The notes under the pieces: generated by a model | What the model was told of the DNA's origin: nothing | The model's database searches: none | The model's input: only the letters and a program-made list of their open reading frames with translations | Virus record (IMG/VR): IMGVR_UViG_3300035088_000013 | Location: 1 to 64,000 of that record | DNA: 64,000 bases | Reading direction: 5' to 3' (one strand) | Source of the DNA: a virus | Position numbers and translations under genes: made by a program | Shown here: positions 18,867 to 27,430 of the stretch, one piece after another | Position numbering within the stretch: position 1 is the first letter of the stretch | Layout: each line of letters begins with the position of its first letter

Positions 18867-19963
18867 GCTACACCGGCAGCGCCAGCGCGGTGCAAGGCGT
18901 CCTGGACGTCCTCACCGCGCAGCAGCGCGAGGCGACCACCGGCCCGTGGGGCGGCCTCGCCCGGACCCTGGTCGACAACACCGTGCACGAGGTCCTGAAC
19001 CCGGACAAGCCCGCCCCGCCCGCCCCGCCCACCCACACCGTCCGTAAGGATGCGCTGCGGGAGCTGCTCTACATCGCGGAGGACGCCGGAACCCGACGGC
19101 TATGGCAGCGGCACCGGATCGTCTACGACCTCGACCCCGGCCTGTGGGCCGAACTCGGCGACACCGAACCCGACACGATCGTCCCCGACGCCTTGTTCGC
19201 GTCCCTGCCGCACCCGGACCCGTTCGTGGCCTTGCCGGAGCCGCTGGTCATCCCGATCAACAACAGCGAACGCCAGCGTATCCACGGGTTCTTCGTCCAC
19301 GGCCGCACCTCCGGCGCGACCCGGACCGGCGGGGTCGGCCTCTCCACGCAATGTTCCACCCACCACGAGCGGGCCGTCCCCGGGCTGGTCGGGCTGGTCA
19401 TCCCCGGCTACATCGAGGACAACGCCGGGAAACCCCGCATGGCGGACCCCACCTACCAGGACATGATGATCAACCGGGTCACCTTGCGCCCCGGCACCGG
19501 CGACGGCATCACCGTCGGCGAGATGGTCGACGCGATCCGCGCGAACTTCGACCTCTACGAGAAAGGAGAACCCGGCCACTTCGAGCTTTCGGTGGCCCCG
19601 GCGATCACCCGGGCCGTGTCCGCCCTGGTGTACTTGTGCTCGGTGAACCGGGACCTGCGGCCGTTGCCCGCCCGGCCGTCCGGCCGCACCCGCGGCCCCG
19701 GCACACCCAAGCCGGTCAAGGTGATCGGGGTCGGCTACCAGGTCGGTGCGGCGTTACGCGCGTGGCGGCGCACCGAAGCCGACGGCACCGGCCAGCCGGG
19801 CGGGCGACCCCGGCGGCCCCACGTCCGGCGGGCGCACTTCCACACCTACAAGGTCGGCCCCGGCCGGGCGGAGTCCATCGTGAAGTGGCTGGCCCCGATC
19901 CCGATCAACATGACCGCGGACGCCGACACGACCACCATCGTCCCGGTGAGGAGCCCGCGATGA
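18863..19963 (+). CDS. AcrVA2/FinQ-like protein
   Basis: VYDLDPGLWAELGDT...VPDALFASLP...GFFVH and C-terminal RRPHVRRAHFHTY...KWLAPI. Confidence 0.65.
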   Translation: MSYTGSASAVQGVLDVLTAQQREATTGPWGGLARTLVDNTVHEVLNPDKPAPPAPPTHTVRKDALRELLYIAEDAGTRRLWQRHRIVYDLDPGLWAELGDTEPDTIVPDALFASLPHPDPFVALPEPLVIPINNSERQRIHGFFVHGRTSGATRTGGVGLSTQCSTHHERAVPGLVGLVIPGYIEDNAGKPRMADPTYQDMMINRVTLRPGTGDGITVGEMVDAIRANFDLYEKGEPGHFELSVAPAITRAVSALVYLCSVNRDLRPLPARPSGRTRGPGTPKPVKVIGVGYQVGAALRAWRRTEADGTGQPGGRPRRPHVRRAHFHTYKVGPGRAESIVKWLAPIPINMTADADTTTIVPVRSPR

Positions 19964-20039
19964 CCCGGACGATACGCAGGCCCAAGGGTGTAGGCGCAAA
20001 GGCCACGATCACCTACACTTGTTCCCGGAGGTGGCCTAT

Positions 20040-20249
20040 ATGAGCACAAATATCGATCTTGACCGGGACCTGCTCGACCGGGCACGGACGGCACTGTCCG
20101 GCGCGGGAATCAAGGAGACCGTGGAGGAAGGGCTGCGCCGCATTGTGGCGGAGCGGTCGCTGCACGACCTGGCCGCGCTGGTCGGCGAAATGGCGGAAGA
20201 CCCGCAGCAGCAGGACCTGATGCATCACGTGCGAGATCGCGCGTGGTGA
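20040..20249 (+). CDS. vapB: VapB antitoxin
   Basis: TNIDLDRDLLDRARTAL...IKETVEEGLR; upstream inverted repeat GTGTAGG..CCTACAC. Confidence 0.88.
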   Translation: MSTNIDLDRDLLDRARTALSGAGIKETVEEGLRRIVAERSLHDLAALVGEMAEDPQQQDLMHHVRDRAW

Positions 20250-20662
20250 CCTACGTGGTCGACACCAGCGTCCTCACCCGGCTGGGGCAGGAGCCGGTAC
20301 TCACCCGCCTGACGGCGATCGGCACCTACAACTGCCGGGTCACCATCGCCAGCGTCCTGGAGATGGGCTACACCGCCCGTACCGCAGAGGAGCATCGCCA
20401 GATCGTCGATACCCTTCACTCGACGTTCACCGTGGTCATTACCTCCCCATGGGCGCAGGAACACGCCGTGGAGATGCAGCAAATCATGGCCGTCGGCGGG
20501 GAACACCGCTCCGCCCGGTTGGCGGATCTTCTGATCGCGGCCACAGCCCTCCAGCTGGACGCGACCGTGCTGCACTACGACCACGACTTCGACACGGTCG
20601 CCAAACACACCGGCCAGCCATGCGAATGGATTGCGCTTCCCGGCAGCCTCGATCGATCGTGA
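20246..20662 (+). CDS. vapC: VapC PIN-domain toxin
   Basis: YVVDTSV, ADLLIAATA, VLHYDHDF. Confidence 0.92.
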   Translation: MTYVVDTSVLTRLGQEPVLTRLTAIGTYNCRVTIASVLEMGYTARTAEEHRQIVDTLHSTFTVVITSPWAQEHAVEMQQIMAVGGEHRSARLADLLIAATALQLDATVLHYDHDFDTVAKHTGQPCEWIALPGSLDRS

Positions 20663-21420
20663 GTGAACTGCCCGCCCAACGGCGGGCAGTTCTTTACGAT
20701 CATGCGGTGCGTGGTGACCTCGCGGTGCTGGTGCCCTCCCGTGGCCGTCCGGACGCTGTCGCGGGCCTTGCGCGCCGGATCGCGGAGACCGCGGCCGGGG
20801 TCCGCGCGCGGACGGCGTTGATCGTGGCGGTCGACCTGGACGATCCGTCCAGCATCGACTATCCGGCGGCGGCGGCGGGGTCGCCGAACCTGCCCGGCCT
20901 GCTGGTGCTCGAGCGGACCACCGGGGCGGCGCAGGCGTTGAACCTGATCGCGTGCCGGTACGCGCCGGGGGTGCGGAACGTGATGTTCCTGCCGGACGGG
21001 TGGCGGCCGGTCGCACCCGGCTGGGACAAGGCCCTGGTGGACGCCCTGGACGCGGGGGCGGGGCTCGCACACGGGCAGGAGATCGGCCACGAGCGGGTGC
21101 TACCCCGGCATATGGCGGTGCGCTCGGAGGTGGTCGAGACCCTCGGCTACCTGGTGCCCGACGGGATGCCGTGCGGGGCGTGGCCGGACGTATGGGCCGG
21201 ATGGGGCCGGGCATGCGGGATCACGCAGGTACCGGGCGCGGTGTTCGAACGCGACCCGCGCGTGCCCCGGCGTGGGCCGTGCCTCGAGGACCGGGTCGCC
21301 GCCGAGGTGGAGGCGGTTGCCCGCTACCGGCGCTCCGGGCAAGCCGAACGCGACGAGCAGGCTCTGGCCGCACTGTCGGCCGGGACCGACGCTGCTGCGC
21401 GCCACCCGGCGGGCTGGTAA
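20659..21420 (+). CDS. GT2-like glycosyltransferase fold protein (possibly degenerate)
   Basis: LAVLVPSRGRP...IVAVDLDDP...GWD; DxD motif not evident. Confidence 0.55.
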   Translation: MSELPAQRRAVLYDHAVRGDLAVLVPSRGRPDAVAGLARRIAETAAGVRARTALIVAVDLDDPSSIDYPAAAAGSPNLPGLLVLERTTGAAQALNLIACRYAPGVRNVMFLPDGWRPVAPGWDKALVDALDAGAGLAHGQEIGHERVLPRHMAVRSEVVETLGYLVPDGMPCGAWPDVWAGWGRACGITQVPGAVFERDPRVPRRGPCLEDRVAAEVEAVARYRRSGQAERDEQALAALSAGTDAAARHPAGW

Positions 21421-21632
21421 GCACGCGCACCCGCACGGAACGCGCCGATCTGCTCGGCGATCTCCGGCTGGGCGCAGTAGGCCGCGTATGCATGCGCCTC
21501 ATCGCGGCGACGGCGCATGTCGGCGGCTTTGGTCAGGTAGGTGGCCAGGGACTCACCCGCGTTGGCGGCGACCTCGTTGAGCCGGTCGTAGACGTGGGCG
21601 GGAAGCGAGACGTTGCGCTGTCCGGGAGCCAT
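21324..21632 (-). CDS. orphan RHH antitoxin-like protein
   Basis: RNVSLPAHVYDRLNEVAANAGESLATYL; no toxin follows. Confidence 0.55.
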   Translation of the reverse strand: MAPGQRNVSLPAHVYDRLNEVAANAGESLATYLTKAADMRRRRDEAHAYAAYCAQPEIAEQIGAFRAGARAYQPAGWRAAASVPADSAARACSSRSACPERR

Positions 21633-21962
21633 GCCCGGCACGCTACCTGCGTTGGGCAAGATACCGCTCGACCTGGACCACGAGCATGATCCCCATGCGT
21701 GTCACCTCGAGCGACAGCGGATGGCGGGCGGCGTCGATCCATTGCCGGTGCAGGATGCCGTCGTCGTCCTCGCCGAGGTCGTCGAGCATGTCGTCGTAGA
21801 AGGCATCGTCGTCTTGGGTGCTCACATACTTAAGGCCCGGCTGGGAGCCGTTTCGTGAGGTCCCAGCCGGAAATGTGACCCAGGTCACTGGGGGTGGCCG
21901 GGTTGCGTGCACTTACGACCGGGGGAGGGCACCGGTCTGCGATCGACGGGAACGGCCGTCGG

Positions 21963-22541
21963 TCACATGCAGCACCCGCAGCACTCGCCGTCCCGGCCGC
22001 AGTCGCAGTCGATGGTGATCCACGCCGGGGCGGACCCGCACCGGGTGCACGGGACCGGGCCGGGGTCGACGCAGATCAGGTGCTCGAGGTCGCACCGGGG
22101 GCGGTCCCGCGGGTCGGTGGCCAGCTCGGCGGCGGTCCCGGGGCGGGGGTCCGCGGGGACGCAATCGGTGCAGCCGTCGACGTGCAGGTAGCCCCGGCCG
22201 TCGGGGGTGTCGGTGAGCAGCCCGCCGCATCCGCACCGGTACCGGGCGGGGGTGCGGTGGGAGGCGAGGCGGCGGGTGCGGATGGCCGCGTTCCGGGCGT
22301 TGAAGTGCAGGACCTCCCGCAGGTCGGTGGCGGCGGCCCGGCGGGCGGCCAGCAGGCTGGTGAAGGTCGCGAACAGGTGGGTGTCGGTGGCCTCGGCGTA
22401 CCAGGGGGTGCCGGGTTCCTCGGTGCGGATGAACACCCAGCCGGGTGTTTTGGCTTCCCATACCTCGAGGCGGCCGGTCCGCAGGTTCGGGTGGCGGGCG
22501 GTGATGGTCACGGGGGGGAGGGTGCGGGTGGCGGTGGTCAT
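21963..22541 (-). CDS. Cys-rich hypothetical protein
   Basis: ATG after repeat copy 9; many CxC/CxxC. Confidence 0.8.
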   Translation of the reverse strand: MTTATRTLPPVTITARHPNLRTGRLEVWEAKTPGWVFIRTEEPGTPWYAEATDTHLFATFTSLLAARRAAATDLREVLHFNARNAAIRTRRLASHRTPARYRCGCGGLLTDTPDGRGYLHVDGCTDCVPADPRPGTAAELATDPRDRPRCDLEHLICVDPGPVPCTRCGSAPAWITIDCDCGRDGECCGCCM

Positions 22542-22632
22542 GGGGTGCCTCTCTCTCGCGGTGTCGTGGCCCCGCTCCAGCCGGGAGGACGACCACATAA
22601 GTAAACCACGCCACCCCATTCATGTCAACAGG
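22542..22632 (-). promoter_or_regulatory. repeated element, copy 9 (stem arms swapped)
   Basis: CCTGTTGACA-15-GGTTTACTT; CCCGGCTGGAGCGGG hairpin; GAGAGG. Confidence 0.85.
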
Positions 22633-22659
22633 TATCGCAACACGGAGGTCCAGCCGAAA

Positions 22660-22750
22660 CCTGTTGACATCACGGTGTCGGTCGTGTTTACTTGGTTTGT
22701 GAGCGGCGGGGGGCTGGAGCCCCCGCCCCAACCCCCGAGAGGCGGCCCCC
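22660..22750 (+). promoter_or_regulatory. repeated element, copy 10
   Basis: full consensus, back-to-back with copy 9. Confidence 0.9.
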
Positions 22751-22984
22751 ATGAACACCTACACCGTGACCCTCCGCAAGGACGGCGGCCTGCGGATGCC
22801 CTACACCATGGCCGCCCCCGACACGGCAACCCTGTTCGCCGCGATCGACCCGAAGGACGAGGTCGTCTCGATCGTCCGGATCGACGACGACACCCCCGAC
22901 TACCTGCTGGACTACCTGCCGCTGAGCGTCGCGTCCCGGGTCGCCGCGAACTCCGCGTTCTACGTCGGCGACCCGAACTCCTGA
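22751..22984 (+). CDS. small hypothetical protein
   Basis: ATG after element. Confidence 0.8.
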   Translation: MNTYTVTLRKDGGLRMPYTMAAPDTATLFAAIDPKDEVVSIVRIDDDTPDYLLDYLPLSVASRVAANSAFYVGDPNS

Positions 22985-23014
22985 CCACCCCACCCCGAGA
23001 AAGCGAGCACCGCC

Positions 23015-23386
23015 ATGACGTCCCTTTTCGAGCTCCAGGTCGACCTCGAGCGCTGGGAGTTGGACCCGGCGACCATGCGGGTCGCCCAAGCGATGATCGA
23101 CGCCGCGTCCCCCGACCCCGACCAGGACCACGTAGCGGTCTACGTGGGGATCGCCCTGCCGGGCAAGCGGCGCGGTGTGTGGACCCTGGGCCAGCCCCTC
23201 GAGGTCGCTGACGGGTTCTTCCTGGCCCGTACGGACGCGGAGGTGTCCCGGGCGCGTGAGTTCGCCGACCGGGCCGCGGAGACCCAGCTCGCGGGGCGGG
23301 CGGGGACGACCTCCTATGCGGCGGTCCGGCGCGGCGGGGGATCGGTGTTCGAGGGCATCTTCGGCGTCGAGGTGGCCGGGCCGTGA
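23015..23386 (+). CDS. hypothetical protein
   Basis: 123 aa ORF within cassette. Confidence 0.7.
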   Translation: MTSLFELQVDLERWELDPATMRVAQAMIDAASPDPDQDHVAVYVGIALPGKRRGVWTLGQPLEVADGFFLARTDAEVSRAREFADRAAETQLAGRAGTTSYAAVRRGGGSVFEGIFGVEVAGP

Positions 23387-23574
23387 TCGGCCGGATGCTG
23401 TTGCGCGGGCCGCGATATCCGCTGTTGTGGGCGGTCGCGGTGATCGTGCTGCTGCTGGTGGTGCTGCCCGTCTGGGTGGCGGTGCTGCTGGCGGTGGTGA
23501 TGGTCGTGGCGGTGGTGGGCCTGGTCCGGCGGGGGGTTCGGCGGGTCCGGAGGCCCAAACAGAAACCCTGTTGA
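23383..23574 (+). CDS. small membrane protein; stop in the TTGACA of copy 11
   Basis: long hydrophobic stretch; GTGA-coupled. Confidence 0.65.
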   Translation: MIGRMLLRGPRYPLLWAVAVIVLLLVVLPVWVAVLLAVVMVVAVVGLVRRGVRRVRRPKQKPC

Positions 23575-23657
23575 CATCCTGATGCCGGTCGTGTTTACTT
23601 GTCTTGTGAGCGCGGGGGGCTGGAGCCCCCGCCCCGACCCCCGAGAGGCGGCCCCCG
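23567..23657 (+). promoter_or_regulatory. repeated element, copy 11
   Basis: full consensus. Confidence 0.9.
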
Positions 23658-23861
23658 ATGAGCATCTACGAGTACCGCGACGGCGTGAAGATGGCCAGCG
23701 ACGAGCTGGTGGAGTTCTGGAACAGCCGTGACCTGTGCTGGGCCTGCGACCAGATCCACACCCCGCAGCACACCACGGACGGCTTCCACCACTACCGGTG
23801 CCCGCGCAACAGCACCCACCCGTTCGACGAGCTGACCTGGAAGCGGCCCGTCACCGCCTGA
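23658..23861 (+). CDS. small Zn-ribbon protein
   Basis: CWAC...CP; ATG after element. Confidence 0.8.
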   Translation: MSIYEYRDGVKMASDELVEFWNSRDLCWACDQIHTPQHTTDGFHHYRCPRNSTHPFDELTWKRPVTA

Positions 23862-23884
23862 ACCCCCGAGAGGACCCCCGACCC

Positions 23885-24124
23885 ATGACGCCTGAGACGT
23901 TCGTGATCCTCGGATCGATGCAATGGGGCTACGGCCCCACCCTGGACGCCGCGAAGCGGCGGTGGCGCACGCAAGGCCGCGGGAAACTCTCCGACGGCTA
24001 CGGCGTCTACACCTTCGGCGAGGGGTCGACCTTCGAGGGGGTCGACAACCTCGGCCGGGTGCACTGGTCCGGCGAGCGGCCCGCGTTCACCGAGGTCCCG
24101 GCCCGGACCCGGAAAGCCTGTTGA
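23885..24124 (+). CDS. small hypothetical protein; stop in the TTGACA of copy 12
   Basis: GAGAGG RBS; MTPETFVILG... Confidence 0.7.
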   Translation: MTPETFVILGSMQWGYGPTLDAAKRRWRTQGRGKLSDGYGVYTFGEGSTFEGVDNLGRVHWSGERPAFTEVPARTRKAC

Positions 24125-24201
24125 CATCGCACGGGTGATCGTGTTTACTTGGTTTGTGAGCGGGGGGCTGGAGCCCCCGCCCCAACCCCGAGGAGGCCCC
24201 C
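24117..24201 (+). promoter_or_regulatory. repeated element, copy 12
   Basis: full consensus. Confidence 0.9.
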
Positions 24202-24423
24202 ATGACCACCATCACCCGGTTCCCGTGCCCCCACCCGGTGCAGGACGCCGACGAGGACGGCATCTACACCACCGACTGCGAGGCCCCGGCCGCGACCTAC
24301 GCCGACGGCACCGGCTGGGCGTGCGTGAACGGCCACCACGACGCCGACGACTCCTACCGGGTCGAGGACCCGGCCGAGAACTTCCGCGAGCGGTACATCG
24401 AGCGGATGTACGCCACCGCGTGA
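24202..24423 (+). CDS. small acidic Cys/His protein
   Basis: ATG after element. Confidence 0.8.
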   Translation: MTTITRFPCPHPVQDADEDGIYTTDCEAPAATYADGTGWACVNGHHDADDSYRVEDPAENFRERYIERMYATA

Positions 24424-24479
24424 CCCCCCCCGGGCCGGGGGAGGCGACCCCCCGGCCCCCCGAGAGAGGCAGCACACCC

Positions 24480-25226
24480 ATGAGCACCCACGCGATCATC
24501 GGCACCCCCACCCCCGGCGGCGGATTCCGGGGCCGCTACGTCCACTACGACGGCGCGCCGCACGGCGTCGGCACAACCCTCGCGGCGATCATCGCTCGCG
24601 ACGGCCTCGAGCACGCCCTGCGGGTTCTCACCGAGGACCACACCTCCTGGGCAATGCTGGACGAGGACCTGCCCGAGCACCCCGACGACATCCCGTTCAC
24701 CGTGCGCCACAACCGGCAGGTCGCCGGATACGGGATGGCGCACCACCCGGACGAGCCGACCGCTGCCGAGTGGTACTCCGACACCGGCACCACCGAGGCC
24801 GGGGCGGAGTGGGCGTACGCGGCCACCCCCGACGGCATCCAGGTGTGGCGGCGGCCGATCGGCGGGAGCTGGGGGCGGCGGCCCGACCTGGACATCACCT
24901 ACCCGGTCCGGGAGACCGTGTGGTGCGGCGCGGCGCACGGCGGCCCCGGGAAGCCGCACTTCGACCGGCCGGACTGCGTCGGCCCGCACTACACCGACCA
25001 GCGGACCCGTGAGCGGCTGAACGCCGAGCACATCCGGGCCGGGCGGCCGGACACCCCCGGCCACGGCGGCGGTGGACGTGCGGAGCTGCTGGACCTGCTG
25101 GCCGGGCGGATCGAGCTGGCCTACGCGAAATCCCGGACCGGGCATGTCGGCGAGCACGCACGGGAGATAGCGGAACTGATCCTGGACACCCCCGGCATCA
25201 CCATCACGAAGGAGCAGCAGGCATGA
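24480..25226 (+). CDS. conserved phage protein (YxHxDGxP family)
   Basis: MSTHAIIG...RYVHYDGAPHGVG...EWAY. Confidence 0.75.
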   Translation: MSTHAIIGTPTPGGGFRGRYVHYDGAPHGVGTTLAAIIARDGLEHALRVLTEDHTSWAMLDEDLPEHPDDIPFTVRHNRQVAGYGMAHHPDEPTAAEWYSDTGTTEAGAEWAYAATPDGIQVWRRPIGGSWGRRPDLDITYPVRETVWCGAAHGGPGKPHFDRPDCVGPHYTDQRTRERLNAEHIRAGRPDTPGHGGGGRAELLDLLAGRIELAYAKSRTGHVGEHAREIAELILDTPGITITKEQQA

Positions 25227-25522
25227 GTCTCGACGGGTTCTGGGCGGCGATCGACCACCAGCTCGAGCAGCTGCGGACGGCCACGACGGTCGACGAGGTG
25301 ATCGGCATCCTCGGCGGCAAGCACCCCGACTCGTCCGGGGATGCGTTCTTCGCCGGGGGCGGCGGCGACGGCTCGGTCTACGAGTCGCTGCGCGAGGCGG
25401 GCTGGGAGGTGGCCTGGTTCGACGCCGGGTACTACTGGGCGATGCGGACCCCCGACGGCCGGGACGGCATCACGTACGTCGAGGGCGACATCATGCGGGG
25501 GGTGCGCAAGCCGGTGTTCTGA
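25223..25522 (+). CDS. hypothetical protein
   Basis: AAGGAG RBS, ATGA-coupled. Confidence 0.75.
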   Translation: MSLDGFWAAIDHQLEQLRTATTVDEVIGILGGKHPDSSGDAFFAGGGGDGSVYESLREAGWEVAWFDAGYYWAMRTPDGRDGITYVEGDIMRGVRKPVF

Positions 25523-25801
25523 GCCCGGGGTCCCCGGGGGCGTCCCGAACAGGCACCCCCGGGGGTAGGACATACGCAGCAGTGAGCATAACCGGCCGGT
25601 TCGCCCGGCCGGGGCGGGACACGCGCGGCGGGGCCTCCAGAACCCCGCTGGGCGGCCCGGCGGCCGGACGGGTACCCACGGGGTCCCCGCTGGCCGTGAC
25701 GGGCCAGGGCGGGCGTCGTAGCGAGCCCCCCGGGTGGAGTTGCCTCTCCTCCCCGGGGCGCGGCCGGTACGACGCCCGCCTTGTCGTATCCACCACCCAA
25801 G

Positions 25802-25892
25802 CCTGTTGACATCACGCGGTGCATCGTGTTTACTCAGTTTGTGAGCGGCGGAGGGGCTGGAGCCCCCGCCCGAACCCGAAGGGGAGGCCGAC
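25802..25892 (+). promoter_or_regulatory. repeated element, copy 13
   Basis: CCTGTTGACA-15-TGTTTACTC plus hairpin plus GGGGAGG. Confidence 0.9.
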
Positions 25893-26162
25893 ATGTTCCG
25901 CACCGAACGTGAGCGGGAGTGCTACCGGGCGTTGCACACCGGCGGAGAGGCGGCGCTGGAGGCGCTGGTCGGGGACGTGATCTCCACCGATCTGATCAAC
26001 CGCTGGGCGGACGCGGGGATGCTCCGGGTGAAGAACCTCGACCCCGGACGCGCACCGAAGCCCCTGGTCCTGATGAACGCGGACGAGCGTGCCGCGTGGA
26101 ACGCCCACGTCATCGCGAACACCGGCTACACGATCAAGACGTTCGCGAAGTACGCCCACTGA
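25893..26162 (+). CDS. small hypothetical protein
   Basis: ATG after element. Confidence 0.8.
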   Translation: MFRTERERECYRALHTGGEAALEALVGDVISTDLINRWADAGMLRVKNLDPGRAPKPLVLMNADERAAWNAHVIANTGYTIKTFAKYAH

Positions 26163-26163
26163 T

Positions 26164-26250
26164 CCTGTTGACATGACGCAGGAGATGGTGTTTACTTTGT
26201 TTGTGAGCGCGGGGGGCTGGAGCCCCCGCCCCGCGAGAGAGGCCACCGAC
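26164..26250 (+). promoter_or_regulatory. repeated element, copy 14
   Basis: full consensus, starts right after the upstream stop. Confidence 0.9.
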
Positions 26251-27153
26251 ATGATGACCACCGCGAACACCACCGCCACCGCCGGGACCTGCCTGGCCTG
26301 CGGATTCGTCAACGCCACCACCGACCCCGCCACCGTCACCGCCTGCACCGGATGCGGGGAGCGGGTCGTGCTGACCTGGGTCCGGGGCGTCACCAACAAG
26401 CGGGTCCCCTGCGACGACCGGTGCCAATACGCCATCGGCTCCTACTGCTCCTGCGCCTGCGGCGGCCGCAACCACCGGGCCGGATACATCCACGTCGACC
26501 TGGTCCCCGCCTACATCCGGGAGCGCGACGCGAAACGGCACGCCGACCGGCTGGCCCGGGCCGCCAGCAAGGCCGCCGCGACCCGGGCCGCGCACGCCAC
26601 CGCGATGGCCGAGCTGCTGGCCGAGCACCCCACCCTGGAGGCCCTGCTGGGCGACCGGTACGACGGCGCGTACGGCTTCATGGCCGACATGCGGGCCGCG
26701 CTGGAGCGGGGCGACATGACCCCCCGGCAGATCGAGGCCGCGACCGACGCCGTCGAGCGCGACGCCGCCCGGGACCGGGCACGCGACGAGCGGGACGCGG
26801 CGCGGGCCGCGCTGGCCGCCGCGGGGGTCAAGGTCACCGAGGGCCGCCGGGTCCTCGAGGGCGAGATCGTCCGGGTGTCCAGCAAGGAGAGCTACTTCGG
26901 CTACCAGGAGCGGACCGTGTGGCAGATCATGGTCAAGCTGGCCGACGGGTGCACGGTGATGGGCACCCTGCCCGAGGGGATCCGGCCCACCTCCTACACC
27001 GGCGGCGAGGCCACCGACGAGGGCTCCTGGGCGTGGCACATGGCCCAGCTGGTCGGCAAGACCGTCCGGTTCACCGGCACCGTGAAGCCCTCCGACCGGG
27101 ACGAGACCTTCGGGTTCTACACCCGGCCCACCAAGGCCGCACTGGTCGACTGA
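26251..27153 (+). CDS. Cys-rich N-terminus plus C-terminal OB-fold-like nucleic-acid-binding protein
   Basis: CDDRC...CSCACGGRNH; C-terminal VRFTGTVK...FGFYTRPTKA. Confidence 0.7.
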   Translation: MMTTANTTATAGTCLACGFVNATTDPATVTACTGCGERVVLTWVRGVTNKRVPCDDRCQYAIGSYCSCACGGRNHRAGYIHVDLVPAYIRERDAKRHADRLARAASKAAATRAAHATAMAELLAEHPTLEALLGDRYDGAYGFMADMRAALERGDMTPRQIEAATDAVERDAARDRARDERDAARAALAAAGVKVTEGRRVLEGEIVRVSSKESYFGYQERTVWQIMVKLADGCTVMGTLPEGIRPTSYTGGEATDEGSWAWHMAQLVGKTVRFTGTVKPSDRDETFGFYTRPTKAALVD

Positions 27154-27214
27154 GACTGGGCGCGGCGGGACGCCCGGGGCTGACCGGCCCCGGGCGGACC
27201 CGGTATCGTCTCCA

Positions 27215-27372
27215 GGCACAAGCACGGGCGCGGTCCACCCCGGCGGGCGTTGGTCACATGGGCCTCTCCGCCCGCCGTACCCCGGACCCCCGTGCTTGAG
27301 CGGCCTGCAAGTCGTCTCCAGCGCGCGCAGGTCGTGACTGAAAGCCCCCCGTGATCACCGGGGGGCTTTCGG
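27215..27372 (+). ncRNA. candidate structured small RNA
   Basis: TATCGT -10 at 27204; rod-like stem 27219-27298, second stem 27300-27335, terminator 27340-27370. Confidence 0.45.
27340..27370. terminator. intrinsic (possibly bidirectional) terminator
   Basis: GAAAGCCCCCC-gtgatcacc-GGGGGGCTTTC. Confidence 0.8.
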
Positions 27373-27430
27373 CGTTCACCGGTCCGGCTCGGGGTTACTC
27401 ATCCTTCCTTCCACGTGTAAGATGATCAGT

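Noticed and set aside
22697-22706. lac-operator-like TTGTGAGCGG inside several elements
   Set aside because: Only a half-site, variable among copies (GTGAGTG, ATGAGCG, GTAAGCG); probably coincidental with the transcription start region.
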